Assembly: GCA_964016885.1 (NCBI GenBank)
Contig: OZ024741.1
Coordinates: 154,752,001 to 154,816,000, forward strand
From: Eledone cirrhosa
Lineage: Eukaryota
DNA: 64,000 nucleotides
Direction: 5' to 3'
Shown: one piece after another, positions 25,730 to 39,590 of the stretch
How the letters are laid out: the number at the start of each line of letters is the position of its first letter
Numbering within the stretch: the first letter of the stretch is position 1
Program-made: the position numbers and the translations under genes
The notes under the pieces: model-generated
Database searches by the model: none
Told to the model about the DNA's origin: nothing
The model's input: the letters and a program-made list of their open reading frames with translations, nothing else

Positions 25730-26975
25730 TACATCAGGTATCGCACTTCAGGAAGGTTGTTCAACATCAGGCGCTTTGGTGCAAGCATGAAGGTATTAAC
25801 ATCTATAATCCGAGAGTTTTTGTATGCAGATGACTGCAATCTTTTTGCACACTCACAAAGTGACATGCAGCATATCATGAATTCTTTTTCTGAAGCTTGT
25901 AGTGCTTTGGGCTTCACAATAAGCTTGGAAAAGACTGTTGTGATGTATCATCCAGCACCTGGAAAAGAATACACTACACCAAGTGTGTACGTGTACGGAA
26001 AGGGGCTAAAAGTTGCTGACAAGTTTGTTTACCTTGGTAGTACGTTGAACACTTCATGCACACATGATAATGAAATATCCTTAAGAATCAAGAAAACCAG
26101 TGATGCTTTTGTACGGCTGCATGAACGTTTATGGTCCCGATGAGGTATCACTATCGAAACCATGGTGAAAGTGTATCTGACTTGTGTTGTCTCCTCTTTG
26201 CTTTAAGCTTGTGAAACATGGGTCACATACAGAAAGCACCTCAAGGAACAGGAGTGATTTCACCAACAATCTCTTTGTAAGATACTTGGGGTGCAATGGA
26301 AAAATGTTCGTCAGTGATTTGGAAATTCTCAAATGGAGCAGGTGCATGACTATAGAGAGCATGATCTTTTGGCATCGGTTGAGGTGGTGCAGTCACATGG
26401 TCCGGATGTCTGATGATTGTATTCCAAAGCAACTTCTCTACGGAGAACTGTGTGAAGGAAGGTGACCCCCTCCCCTAAAAAATGCAGTACCAGGATTGAG
26501 TCAGGGGCACCTTGGCTTGCGCTGGAATTTCATCTGATGAATGGGAGAAAATGGCTGAGGAGTGTGTGAAATTGAGACATTTGATCAAGTATGGTAGTGA
26601 ATACTTTGAAACTCATCAAAGAGAACACCCAGCACTGAAAGGGAAGGTGAGGAAAAGGGGCTGTTCTGAACTGCCTGCTGTTGAACATCATCTGATTTGC
26701 CAGCAATGTGGTCGAGTCTGCCTGTGCAAAGCTGGTTTGATTAGACATGAACAAAGTCATATCAGTAGACCTCATGTAGATTATGATCTGAAAAGGTGTA
26801 AGGAATGTGGCAAGGAATGTGCAAGCATGAGAGGTCTTAAAAGACACACAAGAACACACAGTCAGAACCAAGCAGTGGAAAGTCCCAGAGGAGCCTACAG
26901 TTTCCATGTGTGTGCCAGAGGGTGCAAGTCTTTGGCTGGTGTAAAGAGCCACATTTGTGGCTCACATGTTTTAGC
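25730..26975 (+). pseudogene. Decayed RTE-BovB-like LINE 3' half with C-terminal C2H2 zinc fingers
   Basis: GRLFNIRRF..., EFLYADDC, FVYLGS, RLRWCSHMVRM, PKQLLYGEL, then CQQCGRVC..H..SH and CKECGKEC..H..TH. Confidence 0.85.
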
Positions 26976-27095
26976 ATTTTATCGGCCGATGGCAACGCTC
27001 GAACACGGGTTTGTGGCCATCATATATGTATGTATGCATGCATGTATGTATGTATATATGTATGCATGCATGTATGTATGTGTGTGTGTGTGTGT

Positions 27096-27300
27096 GTCAG
27101 GGACCCATACACTAGAAAGATCCCTCTAAGCCAACATATAGAGGAATGTGGAGGACGAATTCTGTCAAATTTCGATGTCTTCCCATTCTACCAGTGTAAT
27201 GAAAATTTGATGCAGGAAAAATGTATTAGTAAGGAAAGATTTTTCATAAGTAAATTCAAACCAAAACTAAGTTTTTTGCACACAAAAAAATTTAATTAAA
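27096..27300 (+). pseudogene. PLE GIY-YIG endonuclease C-terminal remnant
   Basis: RDPYTRKIPLSQHIEEC...FPFYQC...KERFFISKFKPKL resembles the E-x2-FI...P-x-LN tail of PLE endonucleases. Confidence 0.6.
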
Positions 27301-29663
27301 AATAAATAAATAAAGACTGAATTATGCCTCTTGTAATGAATCATATTCTCCTCAATATAAGCAACAAAGATAAAACAAGTTGCATCCCGTAAACACAGCT
27401 TAAACCGGTTAATGTATCATAAATATATAAATAATGATTACAGAAACCTTCTAAATAACTAAATGGTCAGTCATTGCATTTTTCAAACCCTATTTTCCCT
27501 ATATATACATACATATGCAAGCGTGGAACATGGATGTTAAACGATGATGATGATATATATATATCATACATGCATACAAAAACACTTCTATCTATTTTTA
27601 ACATCTTCCCGCCAAGTTTACCCCTGGTCTTTCACACTACTGCAAAATTTATAGTAGCTATACAAAAATATATAAATAATCATCAAATTACTTGGCACTC
27701 TAATACAGAAACCTAAAAAACCAAAAGGTTAGTCATTACATTTTTCAAACCCTATTTTCCCTATATCATGTGATTTGTAAAGAAACCCCTTAATTTTTTA
27801 TTTTTTCACTATATATATTTGTATGTGTGTATGTGTGTGTATTTATGAATATATGCATACATTTGTGTATATATGGGTGCATATGTTGTTAATATGTACA
27901 TTTATCTTGTATTGAATTACAGGTGTGTGTGCATTGTGTATGTGCACAGTGTATGTGTTTGCATGCTATATATATGCACATATGTGTATATATATGCACA
28001 TATGTGTGTGTGCACATGTGTAATTTCCCTTGCATGATATCAACAGGAGATATGTTATACTGAAAGTCTGGCTGACTTTAGAAACATCACCTAATATATA
28101 ATTTTGTTTCGACATTCAATTATTTATTATATTTTGATACATGGACTATAATAAATATTCTATTCTTTCATTCTTTTACTGGTTTCAGTCATTTGATTGT
28201 GATCAAGTTGGGGCACTGCATTGATTTTTTTTCAAGTCTGATACTTGTTTTATGAAAGAAAAAGCACCCAGTCCTCACTGTAAGGTGGTCATGCTTATGA
28301 CATAACAAAAAGCTCCCAGTGACATGAATGAAAAAAAGTACCCAGACCATCCTGTAAGGCAGTCATGCTAGTGACATGACAAAAGACACCCAGTCTACCC
28401 AGTAAGGTGGTCAACATGGTGTCACAATGAAAAATCATCCAGTTCATCCTATTAGAGGGTCATTTAGGGGCCATGATACACTGTTATGTGGTTGGTGTTA
28501 GGAGGGGCATCCAGCCATAGAAGCCAAGCCAAAATACAGATCATACAAAATATGACCAAGATGTGGTCACCTGATTTGTCTCATAATGTGACAACCTGTC
28601 TAACCTATTCAAGCATGTGAAAATAGATGTTTAACGAAGATGCTGATGATGATATACATACATTTTCATCTCTAATCATTCGTTTGCTAAAATGTATTTT
28701 TACAAAACTGTCAATTCTTAGTTTATTATATTAGCTACACCTATTATATTTTCCATATGTACTATGTCATGTCAAAAATGATTTCCCACTGTGTTATCAA
28801 TGGAATCCCACAAAACTCAGATTAGCATTAGAGAGTAATCTCAGTAATGTAATGGAAAATAAACAATATTCTCTATTTTGATAATGAGTACTTTTACCTC
28901 TTGTCTGCAAACTCAAATGTAGGCCATGATAAAATACACCCAACGTACCCTGGTATCACCCTGTAAATCAGTACCATCCTGTAAAGTGGTATGATCTTGT
29001 AAAGTAATGGTGTCAGTATCATAATGAAAAGCATCCAGTCAACGCTGTAAGATGATATGGCAGTGCCAGGAAAGAAAGCGCCCAGTTCACCCTGTAAGGT
29101 TGTAGTGTCAGAGTCATGATAAAATATTTTCAGTATACATTGAAAAGTGATTGGTTTTAGCAAGAGCATCCAACTGTAGAAACCATGTTCTCAGTACACA
29201 CAGTTAGTATTAGGAAGAGCATCCATCTATAGAAATCAAGCCCAAATAAAACATGAGCATGACTTGTCTAGCCTCAGTACGTGACAGCGCGTCTAAACCA
29301 TGCAAACATAGAAAATAAACATTTGACTATATATGCATGGAAAATAGATGTAAAATGATGATATATATATTCTAAATCTATTTCTAACTTCTGGACTATA
29401 ATTTCCAACCAATTTTAGATTAGCTATTCTATTATTTTACTTTGTGTGTTTCTCAGTTGTTGTTGTTGTTTCTTTATATGTAAGGCTGTCTCTCTCCTCT
29501 ATCATTTATTACAACTGTTTATTTTCATATTTTCCTATTTAATAGGTCTTCATCTATCTTGAGAGCCAAATACACATAATATCATAGCATAAGTCTTTCT
29601 CTCTTCCCATATATTTACTGTTGGGCTATACACACACTCACACATATAAATATATTACTTTAT

Positions 29664-29707
<44 letters not shown>

Positions 29708-29975
29708 TTATATATCTTATATATATATATATTTATATATATATATATTTATATATATATATTTATATATATATATTTATATATATATATTTATATATAT
29801 TAGGTGCATATATGTATTACTTGTTAGAGTAATACATATATATATATAATGTAGGAGGTGAGTTTATTGTAGCACAATAAAGCAATGCAAATATTGGATA
29901 AGTAGCACTCAACAGTTTATGGGACTACAGTATAAATAATATAACATCAAAAGATGGTTAAAAGAGTTCCATGTA

Positions 29976-30043
29976 TTTTATTATGCGCATTTCAAAAACA
30001 AATATCATCATTGGGATGATAATTGCGTTCTCATCAGATAAAA
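29976..30043 (-). ncRNA. Type-I hammerhead ribozyme within a small fold-back element (~29845-30170)
   Basis: Reverse complement ttttat-CTGATGA-gaacgcaattatcatcccaatgatgatatttgttttt-GAAA-tgcgca-TA-ataaaa; flanking inverted repeat 29938-29979 / 30128-30170. Confidence 0.8.
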
Positions 30044-30163
30044 CAGGGAGACATGATATGAAGCTTAAAAAACACTTGCGAGCAGTGAAGTGTCAAATCA
30101 ACATTTATTTGTAACTCCACTGGCTCGCAAATACATGGAACTCTTTTAACCATATTTTGATGT

Positions 30164-30223
<60 letters not shown>

Positions 30224-32159
30224 TCAAAATATTAACAAAATAGATATTCTTGTGATCAAGTATATTTTATTATACATATTTCAGAGGTACTGAGTTAAGT
30301 TCAACAGTACGTCCTTATCAGATAAAATAAGATGATGCATGACATACCCTGACATAGTAGATGGTTAAGATTCAGTCATGGTAGTGAGTAACATATGACA
30401 AAACTCAATATTTATACCCTAATATTGAGAACATGAGAAAAATATATAATACAAACAATAGAGAGGGTGCGTGTAAGACAGCTTAAAAAATACATGGCAT
30501 CAATATAACAGTCAAAAAATTTGTTTAACACTACTGAAGAAAGAGGAAAGAAAGGAAAGCATAGAGGAAGAAACAGCTGATGGTATAATATAGTTAGTAG
30601 GTGCCTCGAAAAACAAATGAAAGATGATTAAAGAGAGAGAGAGACAAAGGGGAGTAATTTATGTTCAAGTTTATAGACAATTATCCATATATGCAATATA
30701 TATCTAAACTTATTTAGTTGACTGTTAATATTCAAAATATTTAATTTAAGTTATTTCAGAGTAATGAGTAATATTTTAGGTTTTAAAAGTTAATAGGTAT
30801 CTGTATTAATATTATATTATACTATCAAGTTTAATTTCTAAAATTCAAATTTTATGAAAACAAATTTAAAGGATTTACGAAACACGAGAAAGAAAATATA
30901 TAATGCTTTTATACCCTCATGAAGGTAATCTTTACCAAAATTATTTATAATATTGACAACAGTTTATATAATATAATTTATGAAATAATTATAGTTATAA
31001 TTATTAAAGAATTTATTATTAAACAGTTTGAGTGCCTAAAGGGTCAACCGGTCTTATAACTAAACTTAAAAATGTCTGAATTTTTAATTATATATATATG
31101 TGTTAATCAAAAAATACACAAGAATTATAATGTCTAAGGACTTAAGGTGATACCTTTCAAATATATATAACATAATACAATAATACAATATAGTAAATAA
31201 GTTACTGAAAATATTGTTAAAAAATATATATTGTTAAAATATATTGTTAAAAAGTTAATGTTTTATACCAATTATTGTGAAATGTTCATTTAGTTGATAT
31301 ATACTATAAATATATAAGTCAAAACTACATGAGTCCTAAGGATAGGGGCTAGATACAAAATAAATATAAAAATAAAAATAATGAATTGTTTGCGAAACTT
31401 AAAAATGCCCAATATTAAAAATATAATATAAAATGTAGACAAATATAGTAGACAAAAGATACGTCTAAAATATCTAGCGAATCTGATAGAAAGAGGAGCT
31501 AAATATTTGAAAAAGCCGAAGGTAATCTAAATTTAATTAAAATAAATTAAATTAAATTATATTAAATTAAGTAATAATCATTATATAAATTCGAACTTCC
31601 AGGGAATATCTAACACTTATAACAATAGAGAGTCATTTGAGTATCGAAATTAGTAGTATGTTATTACACTAGATAAACATATTTGTACAACTATATAGAG
31701 ATATTATTATAGGTATTAATGAAACGATATACATTTAATAAATAAATAATTATAATCATTATTAGTAATGCTACACTTGTAGTTTTACCTCCAGTTCAGT
31801 GGAGAGAGAGAGACCAATATTTGTCGACTACTATGGTTTGTTATATTTATACCTATATATATATAAAAATAAATATGTGCAAATCTAACTTTCTGAGTCC
31901 CCAAAACATACTCAAAATGAGTAAAATATGCAAACGCATGAATGATCTACAGTTCAATTATAACCGCTAAATTTACAAGTTAAATATCCAAATTATATAT
32001 TTAAAACAGAGACAGATAAATAAAGATCCGAATCAAAATTATAAATATCTAAAATAATCATAAGGTGTGCATATTTATCAAGTAAACAAGTTACCAAATA
32101 ATAAACTGTTATGACTTTTTAGGTCCAACAGTTGATAAGAGACGTCAAAAATTAAGGCC

Positions 32160-33475
32160 TGTTTGTTTAGTGTTTTTTCCTGACTTTTTGCGAGGCTTGG
32201 AATGTAGACAAAGCTTTATGAAGGCAGTTTGAGAATAATTCACTTTTTTTGTTAATTAAGTTTCCATAATTATTAATAGGGTCTCCTTTGTGCAGAGGTT
32301 GCAGTTAGTTGATATAGACGAGTTCGAGTATATTTTACTATTACAAAGCTTCGTCCAAAAAATCGAGTATTTTAAATTTTCGTCTTTTAATGACCATATA
32401 AGTTGTGATAAAGAAGTCGAAGACTTCCTATTAAAATTCGAAAATGAGCATTTGTGATTCGCAAATCTCTATTTAAATGTTGAAGAAGTTGCCCCTATGT
32501 AGTTATATGTGTTGTTATTTGTTTTTACGGTGCATTTATACACCAGATTTCTATCCAGACAATTATTTTGCAGAGAGCAATCTGCTTTATTTCTACAATT
32601 ACATTTCGATTTATTATTATTTATATTAACACTATTATTAATAGCATTATGCTGATTTTGGTTTAGAATTTTACTATTTAGTTTAGCGATGTTTTGGGCC
32701 ATATTCATAGTTGTAGAATAAGAAAGTTTAATTGTGTGTCTATTAAATATGGAGTGGTATTTATGTTGACTAAGGAAGGAACTATCTAAAGCCTTAAAAA
32801 AATAGATTAGCTAGTGGTGTTCTTACTGAAGAAGGGGGGGGGCATATAACTGATTTAGTTCTGGTTCTTTTCCCCGATTTACTCACAGTACAGGTGTTTG
32901 AATTATAATTATTAGAACTTTTAGAATTTCGTTTATATATGCCATTATTTTTATCAGGATTAAGACTCGGATTATTATTGTTTATATATTCTATATTATT
33001 TTTATAACCTGCCTTTCTTAGCGCATCATTGTAATATCCTGCTTTTTCATCAAATATTAATTTATTGGCAGATATTCTAGTTATGCGTTTCTGTACACTA
33101 TTTACAATTGCCCTTTTCACAGATTTAGGGTGATTAGAGTAATAACTAACGTAATTTAAGTTTTCATTGGGCTTATGGAAAGGGTAATAAAAACCAGAGT
33201 TTAAGTTAAGAGTAACATCACGGACATTAACTATTTTTGTACCACTTTCTACCTCTAGTTTAAGGTCGTAATTTTTAAAGAATTCAATTATATTTTTCTT
33301 TACCCTATTTAGTTCTGTATTATTGTGTTTAACAACCGTAAATAAAATATCGTTCCTATATAAACCACCGGTAATCTCCGGCAGTTTTCTATTTATCGTA
33401 TTTAAGATGAAAATCCCCAGAAGATCCGTGACTTGCGCTGTGTCCGATGATCCCATGACAATGTCGAAGTTCCTA
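32160..33475 (-). pseudogene. PLE reverse transcriptase and GIY-YIG endonuclease, disrupted
   Basis: FDIVMGSSD, GGLYRND, DVTLNL, PFHKPN..YV...SNHP, YYNDALRKAGY; CNCRNKADCSLQNNC, LVYKC...YIGAT. Confidence 0.88.
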
Positions 33476-34329
33476 TTTCTATCTTAGTTACTATATTGTA
33501 TTATGTTATATATATTTGAAAGGTATTATCTTAAGGCTTTAGACATTATAATTCTTGTGTATTTTTTGATTAACACATATATATAATAAAAAATTCAGAC
33601 TTCTTTAAGTTTAGGTTGATCCTTTAGGCACTCAAACTGTTTAATCATAAATTCTTTAATGATTACAACTATAATTATTTTATAAATTATATTATATAAA
33701 CTGTTGTCAATATTATAAATAATTTTGGTAAAGATTACCTTCATGAGGGTATAAAAGCATTATATATTTTCTTTCTCGTGTTTCGTAAATCCTTTAAATT
33801 TGTTTTCATAAAATTTGAATTTTAGAAATTAATAGTATAATATAATATTAATACAGATACCTATTAACTTTTAAAACCTAAAGTATTACTCATTACTCTG
33901 AAATAACTTAAATTAAATATTTTGAATATTAACAGTCAACTAAATAAGTTTAGATATATATTGCATATATGGATAATTGTCTATAAACTTGAACATAAAT
34001 TACTCCCCTTTGTCTCTCTCTCTCTTTAATCATCTTTCATTTGTTTTTCGAGGCACCTACTAACTATATTATCCCATCAGCTGTTTCTTCCTCTATGCTT
34101 TCTTTTCTTTCCTCTTTCTTCAGTAGTTTAAAAAAAAACATTTTTAACTGTTATATTGATGCCATGTATTTTTTAAGCTGTCTTACACGCACCCTCTCTA
34201 TTGTTTGTATTATATATTTTTCTCATGTTCTCAATATTAGGGTATAAATATTGAGTTTTGTCATATGTTACTCACTACCATGACTGAATCTTAACCATCT
34301 ACTATGTCAGGGTATGTCATGCATCATCT

Positions 34330-34396
34330 TATTTTATCTGATGAGGACGTACTGTTGAACTTAACTCAGTACCTCTGAAATATGTATAATAAAATA
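34330..34396 (+). ncRNA. Type-I hammerhead ribozyme in pLTR (mirror copy 30263-30329 on -, with core mutated to CTGATAA)
   Basis: tattttat-CTGATGA-ggacgtactg...cagtacctct-GAAA-tatgta-TA-ataaaata; 8-bp stem I. Confidence 0.82.
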
Positions 34397-34536
34397 TACT
34401 TGATCACAAGAATATCTATTTTGTTAATATTTTGAATTAATATTAATAATTCTGGAAAACCTTTTCTGTCGAGTGCTTCCAATCTATTGTAAAACTCATT
34501 CTTTGATGTATTCATTGAACCTTGTTTAACTTTTAA

Positions 34537-34577
<41 letters not shown>

Positions 34578-34820
34578 GATGTATGGCTTAGTGTGTAGGC
34601 TTGCGCCCATGAGGTTGTGAGTTTGATTCCTGGACTGGGTGATGTGTTTTGTCCAGTTTATTCAGATGTAGAAATAAGTTGTGACATCACTGGTGCCAAG
34701 CTGTATTGGCCATTGCTTTTCCCTTGGACAACATTTGTATGCATGGGCGACTGCTGGTCTTCAACAAACAACCTTGCCCAGACTTGTGTCTCAGAGGCCT
34801 CCAGGGTAAAAACCATGGCA

Positions 34821-34856
<36 letters not shown>

Positions 34857-34929
34857 AGAGTCAGGACCCCAACAGCTGAGCTCATGCCGCTTCACCAGCC
34901 AGTTCCATCCTGATTTATATATATAAAAG

Positions 34930-35135
34930 TCTCAAAGCATAAACAAATTGAGAGAGAGACTAAGCATAAGAGGAATCAAATGCTGTGTGTAGGAGAGGAG
35001 ATTACGTTGGTATGGACATGTGATGCATATGAAGGATGACAAGTGCATAAAAAGGTGCAGAGCGCTAAAAGTTGATGGAAGCCTTGGAGTGGGGAAACCC
35101 AAGAAGACCTGGGATGAGGTGATCAAAGCTGATCA
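34930..35135 (+). pseudogene. RTE LINE fragment (second subfamily)
   Basis: RLRWYGHVMHMKDDKCIKRCRALKVDGSLGVGKPKKTWDEVIKAD matches 50746-51036. Confidence 0.85.
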
Positions 35136-35402
35136 TTGCTCTCCTTTTCTCCTTACTCTCCTTGCTCACCCTTTTCATTGCTCTCCTTTTCACTTGCTCC
35201 ACCTTTTCTCCTTACTCTCCTTGCTCTCTTTTTCTCCTTGCTCTCCTTTTCTCCTTACTCTCCTTGCTCTCCTTACTCTCCTTTTCTCCTTGCTCTCCTT
35301 TTTCATTGCTCTCCTTGCTCTCCTTTTCTCCTTCCCCTCCTTGCTCCCTTTTTCTCCTTGCTCTCCTTACTCTCCTTTTATCCTTGTTCTCCCTTTCTCC
35401 TT
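35134..35402. repeat. Polypyrimidine degenerate tandem repeat (ttgctctcc/ttttctcc/ttactctcc)
   Basis: Seen directly. Confidence 0.9.
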
Positions 35403-36388
35403 GTATCTATGTACTTGTTTATATACAAATACAATTAGAAAAGGGGAGCAAGGAGAAATATGAAAGCAAGGATAGTAAGGAGAGTATATATATATACATA
35501 TCATATATATATATATGTGTATATATGTATATATATTACTTAATACTAAGTACTCAACCACATATGGATATATATATATTAGGGTGGTCCTTAGCAATAG
35601 GTAATTTTCCGAAAGTTAAAATTTTGCTGTTCCCCAGCGAAAAATAGGTGTTTGCCCTATACCTGCGTTCTGTCCCCAGCTTTGCAAGTTACCTTCCCTA
35701 TTATATTTATTATCACTTATCCTTCTAATACCAAGAATAAGTCTGAACAAGTTTTTAATTTAAGAGAAAATTATATAAGAGATAAAATATTTTTATCTGA
35801 AAAAAATGAGTGAGTGTGTTTTACTATTATTTCTGGCAATATTATAACAATATGACCCTCCCCAAATATAACAATATATATATATATCGTCCCACCCTTG
35901 CAAGCAGGGAAAAGCGGACGTGAAATGGTGATGATGATGATGATGATGTTTATACCAGATTCAATCAGGGGTAACCACAGTAAGTAAGGTACTCAATACA
36001 TAGCAGAGTATAAATATTTAATATAGAAATGGCTTCTACAGGACTAGAACTGTTTCATTCGGGAGAAATCATCAGGAAGCCCTGATAATTTCTCCTGAAT
36101 GAAATAGTTCTAGTCCAGTAGAAGCCATATATATATATATATATATATGAAAAAATGGCGTGCTGCGTGGTTGCAAATGGGTTACATATGAATAAAATTA
36201 GTCCTTCAACAGTGATCTTCCAGCCTTCATTGGTATTTCATCGCTTTAAAGATCATATACCTCTGGTTGGTGCGAGCAACGGCTAAAGAAAGTCATTGGT
36301 ACACGTAAAATAAATGTGTGTGTGTGGGGAGGGGTATTAGAACATTCAACAAGAAAGAAACATGTCAGAACAATACAGTAAAATAACG

Positions 36389-36433
<45 letters not shown>

Positions 36434-36546
36434 GTCTGTCTGTATGTCTGTCTGTCTGACTGCCTACCTTCTTGCCTGCCTGCATGCTTGTCTGTCTGTC
36501 GGTCTGCCTACCTACCTATCTACCTCTCTCTTCCTCTCTCTCTGTA

Positions 36547-36592
<46 letters not shown>

Positions 36593-37004
36593 CATATATA
36601 CATACATGGTGGCTGCCAACTCGTTTTCGAGTACGGCCACTACTCTATATCCATGTAGGAGAACCCCTACTGATGCGCTGAACGAGTGTGACTTTGTACC
36701 AGAAAACTTTGGTACAAACACTACACTTGTGACAATTGTTGACACATAGTGCTGGGCCCATGGTACCATGTGACGACAAGTGCAGAGAGATCTCCAGATA
36801 TAAAGCAATGCCTGTGCTGTGAAGCTTTTATAGTGAGCAAAGGCACTGCACAAAGCCAGTCCCACTCTCTTAACCAAGATGATATTTACCAAAAAGAAGA
36901 ACAAGTCACCATCATTGGATACCATCAGGGTTGCAGGTGTTATATCAGAGTTTTCCTTCTCCTAGAATTCTGCCTTGAAAAAGGCTAAGGGGTCATCTCT
37001 CTCG

Positions 37005-37063
<59 letters not shown>

Positions 37064-38783
37064 GGTTGTCATGTTATGAGACAAGTTGGGTCAGGTGACC
37101 ATGCCTTGCTCATATGGACCTGTTTGGCTTCTATGGTTGAATGCCCTTGCTAATGGCAACCACATTACAATGTGGACAGGGTGTTTTTTGTTGTGTGACA
37201 GTATGCTGTTTTATCATCGTACCAGCATGATCACCTACAGAGTGGACTTTGTGCTTTTTACTTGTGTCACCAGTACAACCACTTTGCAAGGTGGACTAAG
37301 TGCTTTTTTGTCATGGCAAAAGCATTGTGGGAGTCCAAATGGGGAGCGTGTCCAGCTTTCAATGCTTGTATATATGGGTTTTGAACAGGATAGGAGAGGA
37401 ACAGGAGTGTGGAAGGTCGGGAGAGGAATGAGGATGGAAGTTGGACATATATGGGTTAAGTGGGATATTTAACTTGTGGGTATTAAGACTGTAGACGGGG
37501 TGGGAGAACATTGGTGCAGACTAGTGTCCTCTACATGTTTCATCCTGTGTACATGGGAAGGCAGGTCTTCTGCAATACAGTATAACACTAGAGATGTTGA
37601 TCTTGTGTCATCTCCTTTAAGAGGTTTAATTGTGCAAGGTCAGCTTTTATCACTTCATCCTAAGCTTTCCTAGATCTTCCATTTCTATAGCTTCCGTGCT
37701 CTACATCTTGAGTGTCTTGCATCTTTTTATATAGCTTTTATCCTCCATCTGCATTACATGTCCTAAACTCTTTCATATTTACAGATACCCACACATACAT
37801 ATCATTTAATATTTCAGTAATGTTACTACAATATGAAGTTTGCTAACCCTATATTTGTCCCTGAAAATAGTTATTTCTCTAAAGTTGCTCATACATTCAA
37901 TTGTGTATATCACTGATGAACATTTATGTAATCATATCCTAGAAATAGATTACTAAAATATCATTATTTTTAATCACTTTCACAGATCAGTAATCAACAT
38001 AAACTATAGAGTTTCTTGTATGCAAACCATTAATTTATCAAAATTCAAATTTCCTTGTTTGTATGATTGTTCATGTATCCAGTAATTCTGTTATATATAG
38101 CATACCATTTCTGAAGCCGGCAAATTAAATAAGTTCCATGCTATTGCTGTCATTATTGAATTTACAACCATAAAATATAATAGTAAACTGGTCTGAATGT
38201 CCATTTTATAACAAAATGGATTAATCACAGAAAGTTATGCAACAAGGACCTATGAATTTATAAGTATTGCGTCAGTTTGAATGAGAATTTGAATGAAGTT
38301 TAGAAAGAAGAGTAGAATTGCATAACTGAATAAAAAGTAATTATTATTCATTGTTAGTGTTATATATATGTGTGTGTGTGTGTGAGTGTGTGTCTATATG
38401 TTCCTCCATCACTCTTTCTATGTACACACATACATATAAATATATCAAAATTATAGTAGGCGAAAATACAATCATAATCATCGTTTTAACATCTGCTTTC
38501 CCTGCTAGCAAGGGTTGGACAGGTTTACATAGAAATACCCAGTACTGAAGCAGAGCTACTGATCTTCCAGATAGGGCAGGGATCTGCATCTTGCTTACAT
38601 ATGAGCTCTCAATGTACAGGAGAGGGGGTCATATCTTTGACACAACTGTAGAGTTCCCACAGTTTGCATTCTGTCTCCAAAGGTACTTTGCTTGTTTATT
38701 CAACTATTATTATAGTTATCTCTACTGTGGTAACTACATATATATATGTATATATATATATGTAGTTATATATGTATATATAT

Positions 38784-39528
38784 ATGTAGAGGATATATGC
38801 AGACTGGAGAGGAACGAAGCTTGCATGCTCCGTTGGATGTGTAATAGTAATATATGTGAACGGCAAAGCATAAATGAACTAAGTGAGAAATTAGGAATAA
38901 GAGGGATCAGATGCTGTTTACTCGAGAGAAGACTACGTTGGTATGGTCACGTGATGCGCATGAAAGACGACAGCTGTATAAAAAAGTGCAGGGCGATCAA
39001 AATAGACGTTAGCCATGGAGTAGGCAGACACAGAAAAACCTGGGACGACTTGATAAATTCCGACCTCACACACTTACACCTCTCCAAGACAATGTCACTG
39101 GACCGAGATCTTTGGCGCTACGCAGTAATACAGAAGACCCGCCTTGCCTAAGTGCAAAGCGAAACCTACAGTCAGTAGGCACCTCTTACCAAAATACACT
39201 CCGTCCCACCATCCACACCACCCCCTTTCGATGTTAAGTTATGTTGGTACCACAACATCCAGTCCGAAATAAATGAGGTCGTGTAGGTGTCACGACAAAA
39301 AAACACACAGTCCACGCTGTAATGTGGCCGTGTAGGTAACACGGTAAAAACCTCCCAGTCCACACTGTAAATGTGGTTGGTGTTAGGAAGGGCATCCAGC
39401 CATAGAAAACCCGCCAGACAGTCCTATACGAGCAAGACAACCAATCTTGCCTCAAGTGGGAAAATTACCGTCCAAACCCATGCTAGCGTGGAAGATGCAC
39501 GTTAAACGATGATGATGATGATGATGAT
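38784..39528 (+). mobile_element. 5'-truncated RTE LINE
   Basis: EDICRLERNEACMLRW...IQKTRLA stop, 3' UTR and (GAT)n. Confidence 0.93.
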
Positions 39529-39590
39529 GATATGTATATACATATATATATATATACATACCTATATATATATATATATATATATATATA

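Larger units (their letters stand above)
30221..34540 (-). mobile_element. Penelope-like element (Hydra-clade-like), 5'-truncated, with ~950-bp inverted pseudo-LTRs (30221-31196 / 33488-34438)
   Basis: RT/EN remnants at 32160-33475; long inverted arms; hammerhead in each arm; (TA)n on both sides. Confidence 0.9.
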
